Origin: Pseudobdellovibrionaceae bacterium | Lineage (GTDB): Bacteria; Bdellovibrionota; Bdellovibrionia; Bdellovibrionales; Bdellovibrionaceae | Direction of reading: 5' to 3' | NCBI GenBank assembly: GCA_049315665.1 | Contig: JBMOJS010000001.1 | Span: 1 to 53,168 of the forward strand | DNA length: 53,168 nt | Part shown: in pieces, positions 25,315 through 32,967 of the stretch | Position numbering within the stretch: position 1 is the stretch's first letter | Layout of the letters: every line of letters starts with the position of its first letter | Notes under the pieces: model-generated | What the model was told of the DNA's origin: nothing | The model's input: the letters and a program-made list of their open reading frames with translations, nothing else | The model's database searches: none | Program-made: the position numbers and the translations under genes

Positions 25315-27728
25315 CGAACCACCTTTTGGGATGCAGATATCCCTTTTGGATATTGCTTTGACATCATTTTAAGAATTTCAAATTGTGGAAGACCAGGCTC
25401 ATTAAGTCGCAAGGTTTCAATAGCTGAAAGATCTCGAGGGTCCGTTGTTGCAATCCAAAGTTCAAGGGGTGTGGGTTCAATCACTGCGATGGTTCTACGT
25501 TCTGGTCCCGCAACAAGAAAAGCCTCAGAAAATTCACCTTTTTCTTGGTGAAGAGACTGAATAAGAGCCACTTCGTTATCGTTGAGCCCCAATGCTTCCT
25601 TCATTTTTGTGAAGTCACTCTGGTTTTGCATCAGAATCCATTTGACTGAACAGTTTGGAAGCAGGGCTGATGAAATTTTTGAATTTAAAAAATCCAAAAG
25701 ATCCTGACTGATGGCCGTGGCTGAGCAGTAGTATTTTCGAACCGTTCTAAAAATTTCCTCGATGAAAACAAGACCGGCTTCATCCTTAAGTAGCTTCCAG
25801 CACTCGTCAAAAACAATAAACTTCATTTTTGATCGGTCGCGCTGAACTTCTCGCCAAACCAGGTCTGTAATAATATATAAACAGACCCCTTGAAGATCAG
25901 GGTAACTTTCTAAACCCTTCAAATCAAAAGTGACTATGTCTCTTTGAAACTCTATCGTCGTTTTTTGATCTAGAAATTTTCCATAAGGAGTATTCCCGCA
26001 CCATGGGGCCAAGATTTTTCCATAAGTCTGAATTTCTTTTTCAGGGTGTTTTAATAAGATTTCGCGAAGGTCTGATATTCTTGGATTTTTCGAAGTTTGG
26101 TAGACTTTCTGAACAGCATCTTCAATTTCAGCTCTTGCCAGTTTTGGAATTCGGTCTGAGCCCTCTTCCTTGGTCATAAGTTCAACAAGACCCACAATAA
26201 ATTTAATCTTATGGGATGAGGGTTTTGTTTCACCAGGAACAAGATCAAATGGATTCACCGATAGTTGATCGTCGACTCCAAGCTCAACGTATTGTCCGGA
26301 TAGGTTCTCTGTCAGTTTTCGATATGATCCACCAATGTCGATAAAAAATACCTTTGGATTTTCTTTGAGCATTTGTAGTAGCAACAAATTCGTCATGAAT
26401 GACTTTCCTGACCCTGACCCACCGCTAATTAATTGATTGGCGTTAGAGAGCGAGCTGTCGAAAATGTTCAAAGCCGTTAGACTTCCCATTCTAGATTTTA
26501 GCAAAATACTGGGTGTTTCGTGCCCGGGCCAAGGACCATATAGCGGAATCAAGTCACAAAGATTTGATGTTTTGATCCGCCTTGAACGTTCTTTTGACCT
26601 AGCGTTGGGAAGTGAAACTTGCGAAAAAATATCAAATGCTGCCAAGGTTTCAGTCATAGCTTCAGCACCGCCAAGTTCCCTGAATTTTGCAAGAGTCATG
26701 TCCACTTGATTTTCTAGATCGCTTTCCGATTCACTTTGTAGTAGCACCGTGATTGAGACATGAAATACTTTTTGACCTTGGGCGATCATTTGTTCAAGTA
26801 AGACTTCAAGATCCTGAAGCTTCGCATTGCTCTCGATGTCTGAAACACCCGTGTGTTTTCCTACTACCATGGAAAAGGCAATTCGCCTTTGAATTTGCAG
26901 ACTTTCGATTTCTTTTGTTTGATCCGGCACATGAATGGTAGCGAGCAGTCTTGATTTAAATGGAAGCTCACGAAGTTTTGCTGCCATCGATGCAAAAGTT
27001 TGATCTGGAAGTGCTTTAAGGGACAACACTCGAAAGTGTGTTGCCCCAATGACAAATCCGCTAAGATTGATTCCTACATCGGAAAACAAAATACTCTGTC
27101 TGACCTCTTCAGGATCATAGGAACTAAAAGGAATTCGTCGGGATGGATTCCACTGCATATACAACAGTTCAGCGATGTCGTTCGCAGCCATTGATTGCGC
27201 TTTAACACCTAAGGCACTCAGTCCTTGAATAATGTTTTCCTTCAAACGCAAAGTGATTTCTATTTCATGGGCAAGTTGTTTCTCTGAAGTCTCTTGAAAT
27301 AATTTTTCCCTTGAAAATAGCGTTGGTTTTGAAAGTAAATTTTGTGAAAGTGATTTTCTAACAACGACTTTTAATCGGTGGGTTGGAATCTGCCCCTCAT
27401 CGTCCGAAGCGCGAAGTAAGGCCACTCTTTCATCACAGAGAGACTTAGCTAATTCATTGTTTGCGTTCGCTGCGAGCTTTTGATGGCAGGTGATAATTTT
27501 TTCATTTCCTGGTACAATATCCTGTATAAATTGAATGTCAATTTTTGAAGGCAAACTGTTTAGGAACTGAGCTACGTTTTCTGAAAAACTATTGATACGT
27601 TCATCACTCCAAGTGCTGACGTCCACTGGAACGCAATTCAATAAGAACCCTAGAGACCCGTCAGAATAAATGATTAAGTCCTTTTCGAAACCCCAAATTT
27701 GCAAGTTATCGGCTAAAGCATAAGTCAT
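25311..27728 (-). CDS. virB4: T4SS VirB4/TrbE ATPase
   Basis: 805 aa. Walker A GGSGSGKSF, Walker B FIVFDECWKLL, and C-terminal ..ATAISQDL... Confidence 0.9.
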   Translation of the reverse strand: MTYALADNLQIWGFEKDLIIYSDGSLGFLLNCVPVDVSTWSDERINSFSENVAQFLNSLPSKIDIQFIQDIVPGNEKIITCHQKLAANANNELAKSLCDERVALLRASDDEGQIPTHRLKVVVRKSLSQNLLSKPTLFSREKLFQETSEKQLAHEIEITLRLKENIIQGLSALGVKAQSMAANDIAELLYMQWNPSRRIPFSSYDPEEVRQSILFSDVGINLSGFVIGATHFRVLSLKALPDQTFASMAAKLRELPFKSRLLATIHVPDQTKEIESLQIQRRIAFSMVVGKHTGVSDIESNAKLQDLEVLLEQMIAQGQKVFHVSITVLLQSESESDLENQVDMTLAKFRELGGAEAMTETLAAFDIFSQVSLPNARSKERSRRIKTSNLCDLIPLYGPWPGHETPSILLKSRMGSLTALNIFDSSLSNANQLISGGSGSGKSFMTNLLLLQMLKENPKVFFIDIGGSYRKLTENLSGQYVELGVDDQLSVNPFDLVPGETKPSSHKIKFIVGLVELMTKEEGSDRIPKLARAEIEDAVQKVYQTSKNPRISDLREILLKHPEKEIQTYGKILAPWCGNTPYGKFLDQKTTIEFQRDIVTFDLKGLESYPDLQGVCLYIITDLVWREVQRDRSKMKFIVFDECWKLLKDEAGLVFIEEIFRTVRKYYCSATAISQDLLDFLNSKISSALLPNCSVKWILMQNQSDFTKMKEALGLNDNEVALIQSLHQEKGEFSEAFLVAGPERRTIAVIEPTPLELWIATTDPRDLSAIETLRLNEPGLPQFEILKMMSKQYPKGISASQKVVR

Positions 27729-28045
27729 CAGAAATTTCCTTTAAGTTTTGGGGGTACGGCTGTGTTTGTTGAGTCTTGAAAAGCTGAGAGATATTTTGGC
27801 TGCGCATAAAACTTCCCCAGATGAACAAGATAATTTTCAGGTTTGCCGCGCTTTCCGATTCTTAAAACAATAGCAAAAGCCGCAACTGGTCCCCATACCA
27901 ATGCAAGTTTGTAGTTGGTCTGACCAAAACTAAAATTTAAAATTGAAAGCAAAAGAAAAATTGCAAGCACATCAGGAACTTCGAATCCCATGATCAGAAG
28001 TTTTTTTTCCAGATTTTGACTTGTGGGCTCTGAACGCAAGGCCAA
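27728..28045 (-). CDS. T4SS VirB3/TrbD-like small membrane protein
   Basis: 105 aa with two hydrophobic segments. ATGA overlap with the virB4 start. Confidence 0.45.
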   Translation of the reverse strand: MALRSEPTSQNLEKKLLIMGFEVPDVLAIFLLLSILNFSFGQTNYKLALVWGPVAAFAIVLRIGKRGKPENYLVHLGKFYAQPKYLSAFQDSTNTAVPPKLKGNF

Positions 28046-28098
28046 ATTGTAAACTCCTTGAAAAGATAAAGGGGCTCTTGAGATTGCGCAAACGATCG

Positions 28099-28389
28099 TT
28101 AATTAACGATGCCGCGAATGAAAGTCATAATGCTGGGAGCACCAAAGCCGATGATCATTCCAATTATTGCGAGCCACAGATGAGATCTTGCGCCGGGATT
28201 GCCAGTAAAAAATGAAAAGGCCGCAAACACAAGACCTAGAACTGCGCACAGGGGTAAAATCGTATTGATAAGCTTAGATTGAATGGCCCCAAGGGTTGAC
28301 TCGACACTGCAATATCCTAGGACAGGAACCAGTAAAACCGACAACGCAATAATAAAAATAAAAGCTGAATTTGACAACTTCATAAGCAC
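28099..28389 (-). CDS. T4SS pilin, VirB2/TrbC-like
   Basis: 96 aa. Long signal/leader followed by two hydrophobic helices (LPLCAVLGLVFAAFSFF...WLAIIGMIIGFGAP), the classic pilin layout. Confidence 0.55.
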   Translation of the reverse strand: MLMKLSNSAFIFIIALSVLLVPVLGYCSVESTLGAIQSKLINTILPLCAVLGLVFAAFSFFTGNPGARSHLWLAIIGMIIGFGAPSIMTFIRGIVN

Positions 28390-28500
28390 TTCCTTTTTTA
28401 AAAGTTAATTTTTGAGAGGCTTGATGTTGCTTAAAAAGATGCTCTGAATTGAAAAGTTTTGAAGTAGAGTTTGCATCAGTGATAATGTACCTAAGATAAA

Positions 28501-28530
28501 CCAGATCGTTTTTTATGATCAACGACCTGG
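28501..28530 (-). terminator. hairpin (possible attenuator/terminator) between the unknown-gene block and the pilin gene
   Basis: On the minus strand: ccaggtcgtt-N10-aacgatctgg, a 10-bp stem with one G-U pair, followed only by ttt. Confidence 0.3.
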
Positions 28531-28555
28531 CTGTTTAGAAGATATTTTACAAAAT

Positions 28556-29128
28556 TTATCTTTCCCACTTATCTATAACTTCAATTTCGTCAATAGTAAC
28601 AGTTTTGCTTTTTTGATGATTTTTTACATGAAACAATGTTGTAAGTCTTGAGTTATAATCGTTATTAAAACTTAGATAACAGTGACCTTTGTGAACTTTC
28701 GCAGTTGTTGCGGGTGATAGTTTTAAAGGGGCCGCTTCAGAATACGCTAACCATGATACTGGTAATTTTACTCGCTCGTCGGCATGTGTAGACTTTATAT
28801 CTGAACAGCTTTTTTTGCCTAGATCATAAATAACACTGCTATCACCAATCACAAGATTTACTCTGAAATAGTCTTCAAAATCTTCGCCGGCCTCAAATAA
28901 AATATCCGGTTTATTTTTGGTTAATTTCACATCTTGACTCAGAAAACGAAAACTGTAGCTGGCGGAAACATAGTCCCCACCTGTGAATCTTGAAATGAGT
29001 GTTATTTCATTGCCAGGCTCCGATCTCGTAGCGCAGTTTTGAATATTTTCCGAATCTACGGCAAATCCGCGATTGGAAAGCAAAGAAATGGCTATAGCCA
29101 CTAAACTCTTAAATTTTAAACTTTTCAT
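28556..29128 (-). CDS. secreted hypothetical protein
   Basis: ATG at 29128 behind aaggag. Signal MKSLKFKSLVAIAISLLSNRGFA. No family recognised. Confidence 0.5.
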   Translation of the reverse strand: MKSLKFKSLVAIAISLLSNRGFAVDSENIQNCATRSEPGNEITLISRFTGGDYVSASYSFRFLSQDVKLTKNKPDILFEAGEDFEDYFRVNLVIGDSSVIYDLGKKSCSDIKSTHADERVKLPVSWLAYSEAAPLKLSPATTAKVHKGHCYLSFNNDYNSRLTTLFHVKNHQKSKTVTIDEIEVIDKWER

Positions 29129-29196
29129 AACATGATCTCCTTCTTTTTGGTTGTTGTGAATGTGACTTTTAAAATTGGACTCGTAATTCAATAAAT

Positions 29197-29526
29197 TCAT
29201 TTTTCTGGTGGTAGTGGAAGTCCTGCCAGTTGAATTGCGACTTTGCATTCTTTGTCGCTCCAACCCCATTGGGGAAGTGGATTTGTTACAACTTTTTCCA
29301 GTTGGTCATAGGTTAAGTGCGGGTGAATTAACATCCGCGGCAGTTTTTTATTTTCTAGCCATGAATTAATAGTTTGTAAGTATTGTAAATTTTTATCGTC
29401 AGTAGTTCCCGTATAGGCAATTGTATCAATTGCTACTCGAAACTGAACCAATCCGACTAAAATTGCAGTATCGCGCAGTTCACATCGATACAAAACTGTA
29501 ATAGGGGCTTGGGTTTTAATTTTCAT
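29197..29526 (-). CDS. hypothetical protein
   Basis: 109 aa. Its start abuts the stop of the upstream gene (29526/29527). Confidence 0.45.
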   Translation of the reverse strand: MKIKTQAPITVLYRCELRDTAILVGLVQFRVAIDTIAYTGTTDDKNLQYLQTINSWLENKKLPRMLIHPHLTYDQLEKVVTNPLPQWGWSDKECKVAIQLAGLPLPPEK

Positions 29527-29925
29527 TTAAGCCACCACTCCACCATCGACGCCAAGCAAGCTGTCGACCGTAACTTTATCTGGAAAAAGGCTCATGAAAA
29601 CCCGCTGACGTGGAAACGTGAACTGAATTTCAAGGTGTTTTTTAAGATCGCGAGATACGAACCCAAATCCAACAGGCCTGCGAAATATCGGATCAGAATC
29701 ATTTCCAAGTTTTTTAGCAAAAAGAGTAAAATTGCCATCCTCACTTCGATTTGAAGTGAGGTAAAAAACTTCCCTTGGAAAAGCCCACATCTTCACTATG
29801 TAATAGAGCTTCGCAGGGCCTTCGACTCCATAAGCTTCTCCGGCTTGAAGTTCATGACAGATAACTGAGCCTTTGCGGTAGCCCGTATAGATATGAAATC
29901 GACCCTTGATGTTTGAATTTTCCAT
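29527..29925 (-). CDS. hypothetical protein
   Basis: 132 aa. No family recognised. Confidence 0.45.
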   Translation of the reverse strand: MENSNIKGRFHIYTGYRKGSVICHELQAGEAYGVEGPAKLYYIVKMWAFPREVFYLTSNRSEDGNFTLFAKKLGNDSDPIFRRPVGFGFVSRDLKKHLEIQFTFPRQRVFMSLFPDKVTVDSLLGVDGGVVA

Positions 29926-29937
29926 TTTCCCCCCGGG

Positions 29938-30309
29938 TTATTTAAAATTAGAGTATATTCCGCTTCGCATCTGCAGCTCACGGTTCTTTTCTTTCGCTTC
30001 ATTAAAGCTCTGTTCAATTCTTCTCGCATTTTGAATGTCTTTTTCAAGCCCATCAATCATTTCAGCGATCAGGCTTTTCAGTTTTTCCCAAGTGTGAAGC
30101 AAGTGGGTTTTTTGACTCAAAGTTTTTGCTTTTGCAGTCATCGACTTTTCAATTGTTTGAAAATTCGATACAAGAACTCGAAAATCTTCGACGGGTCGCT
30201 TATTTTCAGGAATTGATTCTAGACTGACTGCCTTTGTCATGTGTTCGTTTTGTTCAATATCAGCTAACAGAGAATCCAACGTTGGCATTTTTAATACTTT
30301 TGAATTCAT
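29938..30309 (-). CDS. hypothetical coiled-coil protein
   Basis: 123 aa, helical K/E/Q-rich. Confidence 0.45.
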   Translation of the reverse strand: MNSKVLKMPTLDSLLADIEQNEHMTKAVSLESIPENKRPVEDFRVLVSNFQTIEKSMTAKAKTLSQKTHLLHTWEKLKSLIAEMIDGLEKDIQNARRIEQSFNEAKEKNRELQMRSGIYSNFK

Positions 30310-30312
30310 AAA

Positions 30313-30633
30313 TTAGGCTCCCTTTTTTGCTTCTGTTGATTGGTCGTCAGAATCAGCCGCTGACTTTTTCGAGATGAGCATTTTACATTGGCTCCGAAGC
30401 TGTGTGGGTTTTGGTATGAAAGTTTCTTTTGCGGCTTGATTCAAATCATCCATTCCCCCACGGGATACGTCCCAGGCCAATGAGTCCCAGTCGCACGATG
30501 AACACAAAACATCTGGAATAAAATGAATCAGATCGCAATCCCCACATTTTGGACACTTCTTAAAATAATCAACTGGCTTAGTTCGCTTTTCCGCCTTCTC
30601 AAAAATGTCTACAGTTCGTAATTCCACTTTCAT
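30313..30633 (-). CDS. zinc-ribbon hypothetical protein, first gene behind the sigma54 promoter
   Basis: ATG at 30633 behind gggggtg. CPKCGDC...CSSCDW. Confidence 0.5.
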   Translation of the reverse strand: MKVELRTVDIFEKAEKRTKPVDYFKKCPKCGDCDLIHFIPDVLCSSCDWDSLAWDVSRGGMDDLNQAAKETFIPKPTQLRSQCKMLISKKSAADSDDQSTEAKKGA

Positions 30634-30690
30634 AACATCACCCCCAGAGTCAGTTGTTGATATAAAAAATTGCTTTATATCTATTGCTAG

Positions 30691-30706
30691 GGCAACCATC
30701 GTGCCA
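30691..30706 (-). promoter_or_regulatory. sigma54 (-24/-12) promoter
   Basis: The minus strand reads TGGCACgatggTTGCc, an exact GG-N10-GC spacing matching 15 of 16 positions of TGGCAC-N5-TTGCW. It lies ~58 nt upstream of the ATG at 30633, and a sigma54 activator gene is adjacent and divergent. Confidence 0.7.
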
Positions 30707-30792
30707 CCTGATCATCTAAAGCCTGATAAAGTGTTAAATACATGAAATACATTTGAAATTTAATTTTCAGTGCATTTCTAAAAGTATCAAAA

Positions 30793-30864
30793 ATGAGTTC
30801 GAAGTTCGAAACTACGAACCAGATGAGTTCGATTTTATAGCTATATAGATTTTATATTACGAAC
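30793..30864. promoter_or_regulatory. cluster of GTTCGAA / ACGAAC repeats (candidate activator binding sites)
   Basis: atgagttcga occurs twice (30793-30802 and 30823-30832), plus agttcgaa (30803-10), tacgaac (30813-19) and ttacgaac (30857-64). The cluster is 90-170 bp upstream of the sigma54 promoter. Confidence 0.35.
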
Positions 30865-30968
30865 TAAAAAGTTTGCTTTCAAACATCAGCTCAGTTAAAT
30901 ATTTTTATCACTAGGGTGGGTAGCAGACACTTTTATAAGCCCACCGCGAAACACAATAGAGGGTTAGG

Positions 30969-32507
30969 TTGGAAGAATTATCAATGACAAACACAGTTTC
31001 AATTCTGGTTATCGACGATAGCAAAGCGGATCGCTTAGCCAACATTATTGAGTGCAGAAGGATCTTTAAAAATATTCCTGATGTTGAATTTCACATCGAA
31101 GAATCGGCGACTTTGGAAAATGCATTTCAGAAGGCATCAGAGAGTACGTTTCACATTATTCTTTTGGATAAAGACCTTGGAGTTGATTCAGAAGGTAAAC
31201 GTATTTCTGGAATTGATAATATTCAAACACTTAAAGCCCTTCAGCCCCATGCACAAATATTTATGGTCACAGCTGACGAGAGGTATGAGGAAATTGTAGC
31301 TGCAATGAAGCTTGGTGCCTACGACTATTTTTTAAAGAGTTCAAATCCCGTAAAAGTTGAATACCGTTCTGTCATGCTAGAGCGCGCCTTCGAACGATCG
31401 GTTGAAGACCTTAAAGCTACGATGACAAGATCCACTAAGACAGGACTGTATTCTGAGTTTGTCAGCCAAGCGCCAGTTATGAAAATGCTCGATCAAAAAA
31501 TCAAGGCCATTGCTGAGTCATCACGGCCAGTTTTAATTCTTGGTGCTACAGGCCTTGGCAAAGGTGCCACTGCACGCAGAATCAGTCAGTTTCGCGCGAA
31601 CTTTCTAAAGCAAACCTCAAGACACTTTGTAAATATTAATATTGGAGCCATGTCAGACACCCTTGCTCAAAGCGAACTTTTTGGGCAGGACGCCTATTCA
31701 TATACAGGATCAGGTTCAAAAATGAAACCCGGTCTACTTGATGTCGCAAAAGGCGGCGACATCTTTCTTGATGAAGTTGGCGATGCGTCTGCCGAAATGC
31801 AATCTAAGCTTTTAAAAGTTATTGAAGAAAAGCAATACCTCCGCGTTGGCGGCAGACAGCCCATTCAAACCAACGCTCGGTTTATTTTTGCCACGAATAA
31901 AAATATGCGCGAGCTGGTGCGAAGTGGAAAGTTTCGCGAAGACTTATATATGCGCATGCAAGCATTTGAAATTGAAATCCCGGCTCTTGAGGAACGAAAA
32001 GAGGACCTTCCGCAAATTATTGAAGCTTGCCTACGAAATGCCCTGACCGAGGTAAAACATAAGCAAATCTCTATTAGTGATTTCCCTGAAGATCTGATGC
32101 GCTACTTGATGCGTGATAATATCCCTGGCAATATTCGGGGAATAGAAAATGACATTACAAAGTTAGTTTCTTTCATTCCGGTGGACTCACTTGGTAGGCC
32201 GATTCTGAAAGAGTGGAAAAACATTCTTGGTGGAAATACGCCTTTCAGAAAATCGCGTTCAAAAATGAGCCTTGATGATTTGCTATCGGCTGATACAGAA
32301 TTGGTTGGCTCTTCGTTTCCTGGCTATAAAAAAGCCCAAGAGATTTTTGAGAAAAAAATGATCGAAGAAGTTTTAGAGAAGACTGGGAATATGGTAACGG
32401 CAGCAAAGCAACTTAAAATTGCGAAGTCGACTTTAAGTGTAAAAATGAGACACCTCAATATCAAGACTCCAAAGGAAGTTAGGTACCATGAATCAAAAGC
32501 AACTTAA
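30969..32507 (+). CDS. sigma54-dependent response regulator (REC + AAA+ activator + Fis-type HTH)
   Basis: REC (ILVIDDS...ILLDKDLG...MVTAD), AAA+ (LGATGLGKG, ELFG, IFLDEVGD, FREDLYMRM), C-terminal HTH (AAKQLKIAKSTLSVKMRHL). Start is TTG at 30969 or ATG at 30984. Confidence 0.88.
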   Translation: MEELSMTNTVSILVIDDSKADRLANIIECRRIFKNIPDVEFHIEESATLENAFQKASESTFHIILLDKDLGVDSEGKRISGIDNIQTLKALQPHAQIFMVTADERYEEIVAAMKLGAYDYFLKSSNPVKVEYRSVMLERAFERSVEDLKATMTRSTKTGLYSEFVSQAPVMKMLDQKIKAIAESSRPVLILGATGLGKGATARRISQFRANFLKQTSRHFVNINIGAMSDTLAQSELFGQDAYSYTGSGSKMKPGLLDVAKGGDIFLDEVGDASAEMQSKLLKVIEEKQYLRVGGRQPIQTNARFIFATNKNMRELVRSGKFREDLYMRMQAFEIEIPALEERKEDLPQIIEACLRNALTEVKHKQISISDFPEDLMRYLMRDNIPGNIRGIENDITKLVSFIPVDSLGRPILKEWKNILGGNTPFRKSRSKMSLDDLLSADTELVGSSFPGYKKAQEIFEKKMIEEVLEKTGNMVTAAKQLKIAKSTLSVKMRHLNIKTPKEVRYHESKAT

Positions 32508-32736
32508 AAACTTCATCTTGAAGCTCAACCATGATTTGGCTGGGCAGCGGCGGTGCTTAGATTTGGTGAATGTACTTTTACATGAGGGATCTGCAAGCTT
32601 AGACGATGCAAAGAGATTGTTAGTTGAAACGATTGTGCAATTTGATTTAGCTCAAAAGACTATTTCAAGTGTCGAAATCGGGTCTTTTGAAGAAACAAAA
32701 CCAAAGAGAGTAATCTCGCAAAATAAGGAGGCCTAA
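32488..32736 (+). CDS. small helical hypothetical protein (possible Hpt-like phosphotransfer protein)
   Basis: 82 aa. aggaag lies 9 nt upstream. Overlaps the regulator gene by 20 nt. Contains NHDLAGQ, reminiscent of the Hpt HxxKG motif. Confidence 0.4.
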   Translation: MNQKQLKNFILKLNHDLAGQRRCLDLVNVLLHEGSASLDDAKRLLVETIVQFDLAQKTISSVEIGSFEETKPKRVISQNKEA

Positions 32737-32960
32737 TGGAAATTACGTCAACAGCATTGGTAAGTCTTGCTTGCCTATTATCGAACGGTCCAGCCGATTC
32801 AAAGAATGCGCAAGATTTTATAAAAAATTTGAATCAAGAACAAGTTGTTGTGATTCGACAGATTGTTCATAGCGGCGCATGTTTACCAAAAGCATTCGAA
32901 AACAAGATTCAGTCTGGATTTAGTAGAATAGAGAATAACGCTCCAACGACTGACCTTTGA
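32736..32960 (+). CDS. small hypothetical protein
   Basis: 74 aa. Strong SD aaggagg 4 nt upstream. TAATG stop/start overlap with the preceding ORF. Confidence 0.45.
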   Translation: MEITSTALVSLACLLSNGPADSKNAQDFIKNLNQEQVVVIRQIVHSGACLPKAFENKIQSGFSRIENNAPTTDL

Positions 32961-32967
32961 GTTTTGC

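Larger units (their letters stand above)
11488..30706. mobile_element. integrative conjugative element core (recombinase to T4SS operon promoter); right end undetermined and may lie well beyond 30706
   Basis: tRNA-adjacent serine recombinase, XRE regulators, orphan methyltransferase, FtsK-like translocase, replication-relaxation-like protein and a VirB/Trb-like operon. DNA is visibly more AT-rich than the DNA left of the tRNAs. Confidence 0.65.

Noticed and set aside
27981-27990. 10-nt match (ttcgaatccc) to the tRNA-Glu T-arm, considered as a possible attR
   Set aside because: The match is only 10 nt, lies inside the VirB3-like CDS in the middle of the T4SS operon, and has no flanking similarity to the tRNA 3' end. 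Similar short hits at about 40575 and 44121 were rejected for the same reason.
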